Origin: Octopus sinensis
Taxonomy: Eukaryota
NCBI RefSeq assembly: GCF_006345805.1
Contig: NC_042999.1
Coordinates: forward strand, 40,300,001 to 40,364,000
DNA: 64,000 bases
Direction: 5' to 3'
Within the stretch, counting starts at the first letter, position 1. Each line of letters starts with the position of its first letter. The notes beneath the pieces are model-generated. The model had not been told where the DNA came from. It saw only the letters and a list, made by a program, of their open reading frames with translations, and ran no database searches. Below are positions 12,631 through 25,983 of the stretch, one piece after another. A program made the translations under genes and the position numbers.

Positions 12631-14949
12631 GGGTAATTTTCTCCGTAACTTAACTAAGCGCATTCTGTACAATAATCCATCCTATTCCCATGCGTCGCAG
12701 AGTCATTGCTTTAGAGTTTGCGATAAATTACACAAATTGCAACGGTGAATTCTATTCATCAATGAAACTGAGTATTCACTCTCCAACGACAATCTGGATA
12801 AAGTTCAAGTTTTTTTTCTGTTTCACAAAGTTTGAAACATGATATCTGTATATTTTTTCCCAACTTATATATCCGAATCAGGTGAGAACACCCGATAATA
12901 AAATATTGGTTGTTTTCTTGTTGTTTTAATTTTACTTTACCGGCTCAGGCAGAGAGTAAACGTTACATTCTAGTCGCTTTGTATTCCACCCAAGAACATG
13001 CAGCAAACAAAAAGTAACCGCCATTCAAAGTATTCAAGTTCCAGATAATAAAATGTTGGATCTATACTGTGACATTATTTTAGCTACTGTGTTGATGGAA
13101 AATTCGATTAATGAACTGTCAGCACATCGGTAAAGCTAATCATGTCAGCAACCTATTGTTTTCGGCAAGAAATCATCTGTAGGAATTTTTAATGAAATTT
13201 ATTAAGATTGAGTTGAAACCGTGTCATTGTGTTTGATCACAAAAAGGTTGGTTTCAACCTGCTCCTTACAAGTAGTATCAAAAAAATCAACCTCAAATTA
13301 CAAGCTCACATGTTTAAAGAACTAGAAGGCATTGGATAACGTGATGTTGTACGCTCTGTGAAAATGTAGGATAGGTTGGCGCGATCGTGCCCACCTTAGA
13401 AACTTTTGCCATTGGTTTGTTCTGTACTAGAATTCCTGGGAGTAGATACTAGCACTAACACAATGTCTGAATAACAATGCATAACTAATAATTGACGCAG
13501 TGTATGTGAGTTAATTGTTACGACAGTTTTAGTCATCTTCATGCACTGCCTTCAATGAATGTGAATGAATTATAGAGACAGAGGTACCTGAGGTCATACA
13601 GAGGGAGTTAATTATAACATTAGTAGCAGTTTAACTCTTTGAAGTGATTTCATTCAAAGGCGTGACCTGTTAGTAATGTCTTTATACGACTTTTAAAGTC
13701 ATAGCGTAACGGGGAATATATGATGTATCATTCTTAAATTTTTAAACGACTGTGGTGCAATTTCCTTATGATATTAATGTAATTTCTAACAAGTAGATTG
13801 TCTTCAAATATTCTCTCTTGTTATGTTTTAATGATCATATTTTGGGTAGTAAGTATAAGTAAAATTTTCTTCATTCGATCGGATTTCTGTTATGTATCTA
13901 TAGCGTTAGCGTGGAAGAAATGATAAGAACTTTTGAAAATCGACATGAGAATGTAAAATTCTTTTTCTTCTTCTTTTAAGTTCCGCTTTCAGAATCCCTG
14001 CCGGATTTCAATTTGCTTTTCATTCACCAAAACTACATAAAATAAATTCCATTCAACTATTGGGTTCTGTTAATTATATATCTGTGGAAGTGATGTATAA
14101 TTATTACGAGCTCATCTCCATTATAATGTAACAAGTGGTTATTTTTCTTTGCAGAATTATTTAATTTGGAGGTAAAGATGAAGGAGGTATATTCAGCTGA
14201 ATGTAGAATCATACACAACTCTCTGTGATTGCAAAATATATTCAAAATTCAAACCAGTAGTAATGTTAGAAAGTAGGATTTTCTTTGATTAACAGATAAA
14301 GATACGAAAAGGAAACGTAAAGCAGCCAATGAAAATGTTAAATTCATTTTCATAACTTTCTTCATTAAATTACGTACAAAATATAGAAATATAATTTTCA
14401 TTAACACGACATAAAACTGTGAAAGGAAATACAAAGAATTTAAAGAAATATATTCTGTATATTTATCAATATTAGTTTTGTTTTGTATATACTATTATTT
14501 AATTATGTATTTATTCATTTAATTATTTTTTACGCATCTTTATTTATTCATTTAATTACACAGAAGATAATGGATATTAAGCTAGCTTGGATATTAAGCT
14601 AGCTCAAGAGATTTCGTCTTCGTCAAATATGGAATCGGATTAGCTATATCATAGAAGTTTTGTCTTTAATATTAATCTCTCCAAAATCCGTCACTCTCAG
14701 GATCACTTTCTCTCTTTCTATTTATCCATCTTTATCTCCCCACCCTTGATCTGTATGTAACAATATATATATATATATATATATAGTTGTATACATATAG
14801 ATATACATATATTTATACATATATGTAGACATATAAGTATTTATGTGTATATATATAGATATATATATATATGTATATATAGATAGCCACATATATTTAC
14901 ATATATATGTAAATATGTGTAAGCGTGTATATATACATTTATATAAAGA

Positions 14950-15024
<75 letters not shown>

Positions 15025-15531
15025 TGAGCATTGTAGTTCGCTGGAAGCATTGTATATTGATAACCGTTATATGTGTGTGTGCATGTATGTGTGGTATGTA
15101 TATAAGCATCTCTGTGATTATTTTTCATCTATTTCTTCATACTATATCTCTGTTTTGTCTTTACATTATTTCTCTCTAATACAAAATGTGCATTTCCTCC
15201 CATTTCTTCGTTCTCACACTTAACATACCAATTTTCCTTTCTCGAAGCTCTTTGCAAGACAGACTACGGGTTCACATGTAGAAGAAAACGAATATCCAGA
15301 TTATACGAATACATAAAGATACACGTGATTATATGAGCAAAGAGATGAATAAATATACAAGAAGCTTGAATTATTTCATGTAATAATAACTCAACATATA
15401 CTTATAAATTATATAATGAACATCCGAAATGTTTTAACCATTTATATGTGTGTATGTGTGTATGTGTTTGTGTGTATATGTGTGCGTTCGCGTGTATGTA
15501 TGCATATATACATATGAATGTACACCCCCGC

Positions 15532-15583
<52 letters not shown>

Positions 15584-16153
15584 CATACATATATATATAT
15601 ATGTATGTATATATTTGTTAATATACAAACATGCTTGCATACATATATAACTGTGCATGTGTATGGATGGGATTAAATGTATATATGTATCTATGAATGT
15701 TAAGTGTACTTTTGTGCTTGGTAGATGTATGTCTTTAATAATAGCATAGTCGCATAATGCATTGTGCCATAATACTGTAACAATGGTAATTCGATGTAGG
15801 ATCAGCCTCTTCATGAAGGATAATTGCTAGTAGCACGTGAATACGATTTTGTTTTGCGGAACAAGTATTGTAAATTAAACTACAAGCATTCACATGGAAA
15901 ACGCACGGGTATCTTCGCCAGTATTTCCACAATGGGCGGAGAAATCTCATCAGAGATTTTGTTGCGATATAAGGAGGCAATAAAGGGAAAATATTATGAA
16001 GCAGTAAATACCGAAATTAATAGTTCCAAATTTTGGCAGAATGCCGTGCTGTTTTAAGAAAATGGGAAAGTCGGTTATGTTGAATCAGCGTGCAAGTGGT
16101 ATTTATTTTATCGAACCCGAAAGAATAAAATGTCTGATCTCTTCGAAATATGC

Positions 16154-16398
16154 CCACAAACACCCTGTGTTTGTCTTTTCCTAATTCTACTTCAACAGCT
16201 TCTTTCCGAAACTGGTTGGTCTTTGATACTCTTGTCTCAAACCATTCTCGTCTTCTCTTTACGCATATTGCTTCCAAACAATGACATATTCCATTTCAGA
16301 TTGCCCATTTCCAATTTGCCCAAAAAATGGACATGGCATTCATGGTCAGATGTTACCGAATACTACTCAATACTATCGAATACCCGCGTGCGCGCACG

Positions 16399-16438
<40 letters not shown>

Positions 16439-16567
16439 TGTGTGTACGCCTGCGCACACCGACGCACGGACTCAGGCATGCGCACACACATAAACACACA
16501 CACACACACACACACGCGCGCGCAAACAAACATTCACGTATATATATATTGTCGATGACATAAAAGT
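16154..16567 (+). repeat. Unclassified ~400 bp repeat, left copy (inverted partner at 18061-18448)
   Basis: Co-linear reverse-complement similarity from ccacaaacaccctgtgtttg to tgtcgatgacataaaagt. Confidence 0.85.
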
Positions 16568-17276
16568 GTGTTCGACTTGCTGAAGATTCTACAACTCATG
16601 GCCTTAAACTGCCGAAATGATTCACTTCTACTATATAATGGAAGCCTGGCATTTTGGGGGAAGAGCTAATCGATGATATCGAACCCAATGCGCAACTTGT
16701 GAATATTTTATTGATTCGGATGTTTTGAATGTGAATTCAAATCAGATGTGTTGCGATCTCAGGGAGTAAAACCGCTAGAATTTCCGTAAAGCATTTCGTT
16801 GAGATCATTAATGATTCCACAAGATCGTCATATTAAATTGCTGAAATAAATACTATAACTCCTTCAATGTTTGGCACAAGTGCAGCAAATTTTGGGAAAA
16901 GGTTGCTAGTTAAACACATGAGCAACACTATTTGCGCTTCGTTTTCCCATTTTTAGTGCCTGGAACGATGAATAGCAAAGTTACTCTCAGAGTGCTTTGA
17001 ACTCGGACCAGAAGAAATTCCGCTCAGCATTGCATCCAAACGGTAAATATTTTCCCAGCTCACTGACCTGAAATTAATGATGATAATAATGACAACTGTT
17101 TGCATTATAGACACAAGGCATGAGCTTAGGAAGTGGGAAGTATTCAACCACATTGATCCAAGTCCTGGGCTTTTAACTTTGGTAGCGACGCCAGCGGTAT
17201 CTTGGGCTCAAAACATACTAGAATTACGCTAGATATTTTGTATGATGCTTTAACAGTTCTGCTAGCTCATCGCCTG

Positions 17277-17304
17277 AATGATGATAATAATAATAATAAT
17301 AATG

Positions 17305-17364
<60 letters not shown>

Positions 17365-17376
17365 GTAATAATAATT
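17277..17376 (+). repeat. (AAT)n microsatellite / SINE-A type tail
   Basis: Direct reading; abuts the minus-strand cccaaaattgtcggcct..agaaagaattatt tail. Confidence 0.95.
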
Positions 17377-17414
17377 CTTTCTAATTTTTGTAGAAGGCCG
17401 ACAATTTTGGGAAG

Positions 17415-17960
17415 CAGGAAGGCAGTGGGATAATGTTTACTATATAGCCAGCTGACTGTCGGATCCGTCCTACATCTAACAGCAGCTTTTCGATGAATGC
17501 CCATAACTCAGCAACGCTCCAACACAGTGCGAACTCATGCAAAAAGTTTTCGCTACTCTACGCTCATCTTGGGCAGGTGCGATTAAAGTCGCCATACTTG
17601 TAGATTTGATGGAATTTATCCATGTGCTCGGGCCTGAAAATACACCTGAAATCATCAGTCAGTTATTTCCCGTATCAACGCCTCATAACATCGTCGATTG
17701 TAACTGTATCTAAACCTATGCAGAATGCAATGGTCAAGTATCTACGGAGCAATACCTGCCTGGTAGAGGGCTATGAGTACTTTACAGTACTTGAGGTGAA
17801 TAACAAGAGTACCTTATTTTGGCACAAGGACAAGGATTTTGATGAGAGTAAGTTAGTCGATAGCAATTTGCCCAATCCCGTCTAGTACTTGGTTATATCG
17901 CTCCAAACTGGATGAACACAAGATGATTTCAGCCATATTTGATTTCACAATATGAAATAC
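17415..17960 (-). mobile_element. Degenerate L1/Tx1-clade ORF2 C-terminus (zf-RVT region)
   Basis: Minus frame AFCIGL..DDVM..FRCIFRPEHMDKF / IYKYGDFNRTCPR*A*SSENFLHEFALCWSVAELWAFIEKLLLDVGRIR resembles the CPxC..ET..H...C zf-RVT pattern; several stops. Confidence 0.55.
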
Positions 17961-18060
17961 ATCAAGAAATGAGGCAGGACATTTTTCCCCGACGCTCTAA
18001 CCTATACTGATATGTTCGAGACCAGTAATTTTGAAGGGGTGGGTTAGGTATGTGACTGAT

Positions 18061-18077
18061 ACTTTATGTCATCGACA

Positions 18078-18140
<63 letters not shown>

Positions 18141-18448
18141 TTAATGTTTGCATGTGTCTCTGTGTGTGTGTGCATGCCTGAGTCCGTGCGTCTGTCTGCG
18201 CGGCGCACGAGTGTATACGATATGTATTCAGTAGTATTCGGTAATGTGTGACCATGAATGCAACGTCAATTTTGGGGGCAAATTGGAAATGGCCAAACTG
18301 AAATGGGATATGTAATTTTTGGGAAGCAATGCGCGTAAAGAGAAGACGAGAATTGTTCGAGACAAGAGTATCAAAGACCAACCAGCTTCGGAAAGAGGCT
18401 GTTGAAGTAGAATTAAGAAAAGACGAACAAACACAGGGTGTTTGTGGC
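18061..18448 (-). repeat. Unclassified ~400 bp repeat, right (inverted) copy
   Basis: Reverse complement of 16154-16567; cut off where the CR1 fragment begins. Confidence 0.85.
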
Positions 18449-18449
18449 C

Positions 18450-19134
18450 AAAGGACCTAGGTATCTTGGTGGATTCCTCCTTTTCGCCTTCGACCCAGTG
18501 CGTCCATGCTGCCAACAAAGCACGCGGAATTCTGTTCTTGATTCGACGGTCATTCGGAATGCTCACAGCAGCCATATTCCTACCACTCTATGTCACGCTG
18601 GTGAGACCCATATTGGAGTATGGGATTCAAGCCTCTTCTCCTTATCTCCTCAAAGACGTACAGCATCTCGAAAGAGTCCAGAAGCTGGCTACCCGCATGG
18701 TTCATGGTCTCAAAAATTTGTCCTACGAAGAAAGGCTGAGGACGCTCGACCTTTATTCTCTTGAAAAACGCCGCCGCCGTGGTGATCTCATTCTCGCCCA
18801 CAACATCATAAGCGAAAAGTGTAACCTCTCGAAAGAGCTGTTCTTCACTCCTGCTCCAGAGCGTCGGCTGCGGGGTCATTCCGAAAAGCTCTACCTGCGA
18901 CGATTTCATCTCAATCGAAAGAGAGGAGCTTTCTCCGTCCGGGTTGCGGATCCGTGGAACAAGCTGCCAGACAAGATGGTGAAGATGCCGACGACCGCTT
19001 TGTTCAAAGCCTCCCTTGACCTCAAGTGGCCTGAACTCTTTACATGAACACCACCCTGTACTTAACTCCATGTCCCTCTACATGGCCTTGCTATTTGCTT
19101 TTGAGCCAAATTAACTAACTAACTAACTAACTAA
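18450..19134 (+). mobile_element. 5'-truncated copy of the same CR1 LINE with (AACT)n tail
   Basis: 198 aa align to the 6789-8153 C-terminus with 11 substitutions; same 3'UTR and tail. Confidence 0.97.
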
Positions 19135-19144
19135 AAAATATAGA

Positions 19145-19414
19145 GTGTCAGCTGCGGGGTCCCTCCAAAAAGCTCTATCTGCGACGATTTCATCTCAATC
19201 GAAGGAGAGGGTTTTTCTCCGTCCGGGTTGCGAATCCGTGGAATAAGCTACCGGACGAAATAGTGAAGATGCCGACGACCTCTCGGTTCAAAGTCTCTCT
19301 TGACCAGAAATGGCCTGAACTCTTTGCATGAACACCCTTCCTGTACATAACCCCATGTCCCCCTACATGGCCTTGCTTTTTGCTTTTTGAGCCAAAAAAT
19401 TAACTTAACTAATT
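19145..19414 (+). mobile_element. Older, diverged CR1 3' fragment directly in tandem
   Basis: Similar to the last ~270 nt of the CR1, with more substitutions and a decayed aattaacttaactaatt tail. Confidence 0.9.
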
Positions 19415-19922
19415 ATAGTGAATCAAAATATGTTCTTCTATGCACGCAGTTATATATATCAGTGTATACCGCGGTAGCATCCCCTAGCTGTAAACTCAGC
19501 ACACTGTTGCGTGTCTCACCTGAGTTTTCTGGAATTTTAAAGGATTTTGTGGACAAACCATATGGTGCAGAAAATTAAGGTTAGATTTGACGTGATCTTA
19601 AGGTTATGCCTTCGCAATGATCCTCAGTGACAACATGTTCTTGTCTCATACAGATACTTTCCTCGATTGACAGTGTTAGAGTGGGATCTCAGTGTGACTT
19701 AGTATTTTTGAATTCACGTCGAGTAACCACGTAGAAAATTTCTCAGCTGTCGTTATGTTGTGATCATACTGGCTTTTTTTTCCAACGCATCAAAAAAACT
19801 ATTATATCCTTCTCACCTAAACTAGGTGAGAAGGAATATAAAACTAAATCGTTCAACAACAAATAATGAATCTTCGCTCTTTGCCTCTCTCCTTCTCTCT
19901 ATCTATCTCGAGTGCGCATACA

Positions 19923-19958
<36 letters not shown>

Positions 19959-20629
19959 GATAATGAATGTTGCCCCGTTTGTTTTTTCTGTCTGGTATCA
20001 TTATTCTGAAACAAGATGACTGCTTCATTTTGGTTCGTAACATGGAAATTAAGAAACGTTATGTGGTCCGGTTTCTATCGTTTCGGAAAACTAGTCATCT
20101 ATAAGACTCATACCTGTGTAGAGACCTCAGGTAGAAATACTACCGCAATATGCTGATCTAACGTTATACAACGACTTCAAAGCAAAAGGACAAAGACTTA
20201 AGGAAGGTTTGAAACAGAACCCAAGTACGGTTTCAGATTTCAGCGCTGGGCTAAGGGCGGGTGAAGTCGCTTACATCGACCTCAGTGCTTCATTGTTCAT
20301 ATTTTATCGAACCCGAAGTGATGAAAGGCAAAGTTTACTTCGATAGAACTTGAACTCAAAAGAACCGAATAAATAAGAAATATAAAGGAGACATTTAAAA
20401 TAATCAATCGATTAGTATTCCCAGTGCTTGATAAAAAAATTATCGATATTCTGCATATTCACATTCGGATTAATTATTTCCATCTCTAATCCTCACCCGT
20501 TTGCTACTACTGTAGATTTTACCCAATCGTTTAATAGTTTGTATGTGTACCAAGTCTGTTTATCTACTATCTTTCTAATAAGCGATTATACTAAATATGG
20601 AATTGCATATATTCAGTTAAGCTCATCAT

Positions 20630-20752
20630 CATGATCATGATCATTCTCATCATGAACATCATCATTATCATCGTCACCATCAAGAACAAAAATACTATTT
20701 TCACCATATCCGTTATCTTTGTCGCCGTCGGGATGACGACGATGACGATGAC

Positions 20753-20792
<40 letters not shown>

Positions 20793-20815
20793 GTGATGAG
20801 CATGATGATGGTGAA
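20630..20815 (+). repeat. (ATC)/(ATG) trinucleotide low-complexity tract
   Basis: Direct reading. Confidence 0.9.
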
Positions 20816-22067
20816 TTTGATGCAGTATTTACAGTGCTCATGCACATCTAGTGCTCCGTTTTGCCGATGTAAGTCCAAGTGTAAAATTGCGCTCAATTTA
20901 ATTGGCATTTCTCTCATTACTCTAATTATGAAAGCTTCGCAAGACCCATGGCTACAAAATATTGTTTGGTTTTTGCCAGTTATTGCAATTAGAAAAAAAT
21001 ATCTGAAGGCATATGCAGATGAAGAGCATAAGAATTTGTAATGAGGCAATAATGAAAAAAAAGGACAAGACCCTCTGTTATTTCACCACGCTATTTGTTG
21101 ACTAAATACAAAGGGGGGAAATAAAAAAAAGGAAGGAATAAGTTATAATTTAATTATCAATTGAAAAATTTCAGCTGAATTGATAAACAAAGTCGCTGTA
21201 AGGTCAATTAACATCCCCATACTGTTTTTGTAGTAATTTTGTTTATATGCATTTAATTTTCGCTGTACACGTTCAGTTTGTAATTTGGAATCCATGTACA
21301 AATGCCATAATCTTAAATTACGTAATGAAAAATATTAAAACGCTGTTAACGATAATAATTGCTTTTAATTAATGTCTATAGACTGCAGTTCAGAGTTGCC
21401 GTAAGGATATTTACAACGAAGTCAGTGCTTGGCTTGTACTTTGTGTATCGATTTATTTGTACATTAAGAACGGATTTTGGGAATAGAGTTCAGAATGTAA
21501 AGTGCTGCAGCAAACACTGCAATGGGTTTTCTCCGTCTTTACAACGATTTTGCAATTTAATGTAAGTTATTGATAAGGAACTGTAATGAAATCAGGTATT
21601 AAAATTGTTTTATCAATATATGAATTCTGTAAAAGCTATGTCGGATTTCAAAACTTTTTTTTTTTTACTAAATACGTCTAACAGAAAATATATGCAATCG
21701 ATTTTCTCCGTCTTTACAACCATTTCGCAAATCCTAATAACCTCGAAACAGATGGTAGGGATGAAGGCAATTAAATCGGCATGTATATTTGTATTGTACA
21801 TTGAGCTCAAGAGGATGAAAAGCAAAAATGTACTCGACAGAGTCTGAAATCAGGTGAGACGACCTACAAATTACTGTAAACTGTCCGTTCAATGAAACGT
21901 ACTGTTAAAAGTTTTCCGAGATATTTTCAGATTTTCTTTGTATTTGCGTTTTTTTCTTATTATTTTTGTTATTCTTAATTTTCCCCATCTCCTATTGCAT
22001 TTGCTGGAATATGTTTTTGCTTGGAAGCAATTAAAATTTTCAAAATACGTACATAGTAAATTTTAAG

Positions 22068-22372
22068 ATGTAGAGGCACATGGCCTAGTGGTTACAACAG
22101 CGGACTCGTGGTCGAGGGATCGGGGGATGGAATCTCAGACCGGGCGATGTGTTTGTTTATGAGCGAAACACCTAAGCTCCACGCGGCTCCGGCAGAAGGT
22201 AATGGCGAAATTCTGCTGACTCTTTCGCCACAACTTTCTCTCACTCTTTCCTCCTGCATCTTGCAGCTCAACTGCGACGGACCGGCATCCCGTCCAGGTG
22301 GGGAGCCCATACGCCAAGGAAACCGGGAAGCCGGCCCATTATGAGCCAGGCATGGCTCAAGAAGGAACAAAC
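22068..22372 (+). mobile_element. tRNA-derived SINE family B, tail type i, with 10 bp TSD
   Basis: A-box tggcctagtggtta and B-box-like segment; flanked by aaattttaag at 22058-22067 and 22373-22382. Confidence 0.85.
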
Positions 22373-22609
22373 AAATTTTAAGTTATTCACAAGCATACCT
22401 TATTATGTAACTTTACTAATTTTCAGACTGGTTATAAAAGGACAATCAGTAACAATATATTACTTTCTTTCTTTCTTCTCTTAATGATAATTTATCTAAG
22501 ACACACAAAGTTTTCCGTATAATTTTTTCCGCTCCAGGTCACCACCCGTCTCCTTGGAATTTCTTCTTCTTCTTCTTCTCTTCTTCTTCTTCTTCTTCTT
22601 CTTCTTCTT

Positions 22610-22648
<39 letters not shown>

Positions 22649-22687
22649 ATACTACTACTACTCACTTTTCTTTTTGATCAACCATTG

Positions 22688-22724
<37 letters not shown>

Positions 22725-22987
22725 TTAAATGTTATGTATTGTTTCTATGCATTTCTTGCATATTAATTGTAGGCTTGAAGAGCTTCTTCCCAGACATATA
22801 AATTCTTTAGGCCAGTTTCTGTGGCATATATATCTGCCACATCGTGTGGCCCTGGAATTGAAACCACAATCTTAGGATCATTAGACCAACACCTTATTCA
22901 GTAAGCTACGCGGCTCCAGAATTTTAGGCTTAAAGATGTTGAGGAACAATTAGGAACTGATATTCTAATCGAAAGAAACATGTTTCC

Positions 22988-23199
22988 AGAAGGCGGCGAG
23001 CTAGCAGAATAGTTAGCACGCCGGGCGAAATGCGTCGCCCTATTTCATCTGCCGCTACGTTCTGAGTTCAAATTCTCCCGAGGTCGACTTTGCCGAATTA
23101 ATATCAGTGACGCACTGGTGTCGATCTAATCGACTTAATCCCTTTGTCTGTCCTTGTTTGTCCCCTCTATGTTTAGCCCCTTGTGAGCAATAAAGAAAT
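22988..23199 (+). mobile_element. SINE family A monomer with 15 bp TSD
   Basis: aagaaacatgtttcc at 22973-22987 and 23200-23214. Confidence 0.92.
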
Positions 23200-24382
23200 A
23201 AGAAACATGTTTCCGTTTATTTTCATTTTCATCGCTCACCTCTCTCAATCGTAAATTTTTACAGATTTGTAAACACATTTATTGATGGCTAAGAATAGTA
23301 TTCAAATGTCGGAGCTAGAGTATTTCATTACAATATAAGCAATTCATAAGCTAAATAATATATTTAATTAATACCTTCAGTAGAGTTGGTAGGGCAGTTT
23401 CCATGTCTTTACACAACAACTCTGAAATCTGTTTGAGGAAGTTATGTTCAGGCCAGATCCTTCATTCAAATGCTTGCTGATACCAAGCATAGTTGATGAA
23501 TTCACTATTTCACTTAATGTCAAATTTAAACAAGTATAACAAAGCAAAAGCGGAAAATAATATAAACAAAAATCATTGTTAGATAGTATTACAATTTACT
23601 AATTTAATATGAGCTATTGATAAGGAACTGTAATGAATTCAGGTATTAAAATTTTTTTATCAATATATGAATTCTGTAAAGTTATGTCGGATTTCAAAAC
23701 CATTTTTTTTTACTAAATATGTCTAACAGAAAATATATTTTGTCATAGTCTTTTAATGAGATTATTTCTTTGCAAAATTGAAATGAAAAATATATCCTAT
23801 TTATTTTAAGATAATTCCACATACATCTTTTTTTATGTGGTAAATATTTTATTACAAATATAATTGATAAAGAAAATAATAATACCAGAAGAGAAGAAAG
23901 CAAAAGAAGATTAGGGATACAAAAGTATTTCTTGTTCTCGATATTGTATTCCCATCTAATTCAGACATAAATTATTTAATGATATCCAAATTTCTTTTTT
24001 CAGTATATATATATATATATTTTTTTTTAGTAGATGTGGAGAGAAAAGTGGTGACCATGACATTGCGACCCTTGATGTCGCCGGTATTCTTTTTTAGTAG
24101 TGTTGGTTCAACCTCGGAATTAAAGGGTATGAACTAGAAACAAATTGCTGTAAGCCAATTTTCAGGGCAGAGAGAATAGGGTATAGCGTTTAGTGCAGCC
24201 TCAGTGGCGTGATAGACGTAAACATTTGACAAGAGGTGGAAGATCAAGTAGATTCATGTGGTGGTGTATCTGATTCTAATTGTATAAGTTCAACAACCTC
24301 CGAAGAAGAGATAATATTAAAGTAGCGATAGATAAGAAAGAGACAGGAGGCATACTTTCCATAATAACTTGGGTTTACTTGC

Positions 24383-24693
24383 TTACTTCTTGCTTGCTTC
24401 ATGCTCATGCATGATGGGTTTGGGATCATCATTGGTTAGTGGTTTCACAGACTCATCATTCTTAGGCCCGACCAGGTCTGCCAATGCCCTCCGTCGCTGA
24501 CGTTCACGTGCCACTTTCTCTACATCTTTCAAAGTGACGTAGAGCCTCTGGAAATCTTCTTTAACCACGTCCAAGGTAAATAAAGTGGGAATGTGGTATA
24601 TACACCACATCTCCTATAGAAGCGTCTGTTTGAAATCCATAGAAACCGTCATCAAATACCTATACAGGTTACTTGGGTCACTCTGTCTTTTTA
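24383..24693 (-). CDS. Candidate terminal exon of an unidentified gene (in-frame TAG at 24614-24616)
   Basis: Acceptor catcacag, then (L)KRQSDPSNLYRYLMTVSMDFKQTLL*EMWCIYHIPTLFTLDVVKEDFQRLYVTLKDVEKVARERQRRRAL...EASKK*. Non-repetitive and protein-like; family not recognised. Confidence 0.4.
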
Positions 24694-25829
24694 CTGTGAT
24701 GTAACAATATCACGAGCTTTGTCTGTCATTTAATAATTGCTTGTAACATAGCCACAGGCCTTGAGATTTGAGCGAATGTGCATTTAATTGTACTTGAAGA
24801 AGTGACAGACCAAGCCGACTTCGGCGAGATTTGAAACTACAACATAAAGGACACCGAGAACTCAGAAATCCTGACTCTTGCCTGCTATGTGTTGTAATTA
24901 AAGCGAAAAGTGAAAGTTAACAATTTTGAGGGAAGTGTTTTACACGAAACCAACGATCCAGTACATAACTTGCGCTCTAATTCATCGAACCCGGAATTAG
25001 GAAACCAAATTTGACCTCGGTAAGATGTGATCTCGAGAATAAGAAAAGCAGAAATACGTACCGGAAATAGATTTTTCCTATGACCTGACAGTTCTGCGAG
25101 CTCTCTGCCTCCTTGAGATCATTTAATAATAATTATATCTTCTATAAACATAATTCGGAGGAGAGCTGAAGCCTGAAGTAGATAGCTTTGCATCCACTGA
25201 CAGTCAAATGCTGTCTATTGTAATGAAGTAGAAAACAGAACAAATTCGAGAGGTTTGATGCTAAAACGATACAATTAAAGAGAACTCTCAGATTTTTCAA
25301 ATGAATTGTAGTTCATATGGTAAGGGAAATAATTATCAACACGAAGCTTAAGAAGGTGATAGACGAAAACTCAAGAAAAGAGGAATCGACAAGACGCATT
25401 GAGAAGTCGAAAATAATCTTCCCATATTTACAGTATGAAATTAGAGTCAGTATAATATGATTGAAGGTAGAAGAATATATATATATATATATATACATGT
25501 TCTAAAGTTATATGGATACTTAAGTTCTGAACACACTCAATCATTCCATTTCAAGTATTTGACATAATACAAAACCATAAAGTTTGTAAATGAATAGGTA
25601 AGAGAAATATCTATCCTCAGATATGTCTGCACATTTGGATGGTAAATATCTATGAACATTTTAGGTATGTGTGTGTTTCTAGCATATAGACGATATAGAC
25701 GCTCTAACACGACGTCTTGATCATAGCACTTGATCACATATGTGCTATATCATATAAGAATATAGAAATTCACAAAAGACGAAATGATTGATTATATAAG
25801 TTTTAGGTAAAAAGAGGTCGAAATCATAC

Positions 25830-25983
25830 AGTCTGGTGGTCTAGTGGCTGGAATTGGTAGGAGTTCATTCCCCTGCTTGCAATATATATCGGGTGCAGAT
25901 TGCATCAAATAACCAGCTGGAGGAGGCGCCCTCCTGAGATTAAAAATATCAGTAACGTCGGTTCCTACGGAACAGCCATGTTT
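25830..25983 (-). CDS. Candidate internal exon (154 nt, phase 0 to 1) of the same gene
   Basis: Strong acceptor catttcttgccgcag, donor GTATGA, one open frame KHGCSVGTDVTDIFNLRRAPPPAGYLMQSAPDIYCKQGNELLPIPATRPPD; phase matches the 24693 acceptor. Confidence 0.4.

Larger units (their letters stand above)
21567..23737 (+). repeat. ~125 bp direct repeat pair (21567-21693 and 23615-23737)
   Basis: tattgataaggaactgtaatgaa..tatgtcggatttcaaaac..ctaacagaaaatatat present twice. Confidence 0.85.

Noticed and set aside
19430-19780. FSTWLLDV / VCPQN resemblance to Helitron PIF1 helicase
   Set aside because: Two short motifs with many stops; could be chance.
22074-22150. tRNA-gene-like sequences (also at 30187, 32870-32946, 43870-43940, 61160-61232)
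   Set aside because: Degenerate A/B boxes continue into SINE bodies; no clean cloverleaf or terminator.
25050-25240. Possible extra minus-strand exon (TAFDCQWMQSYLLQ.. / NDLKEAESSQNCQVIGKIYF)
   Set aside because: Needs a frameshift, and its phase does not fit the upstream 154-nt exon.
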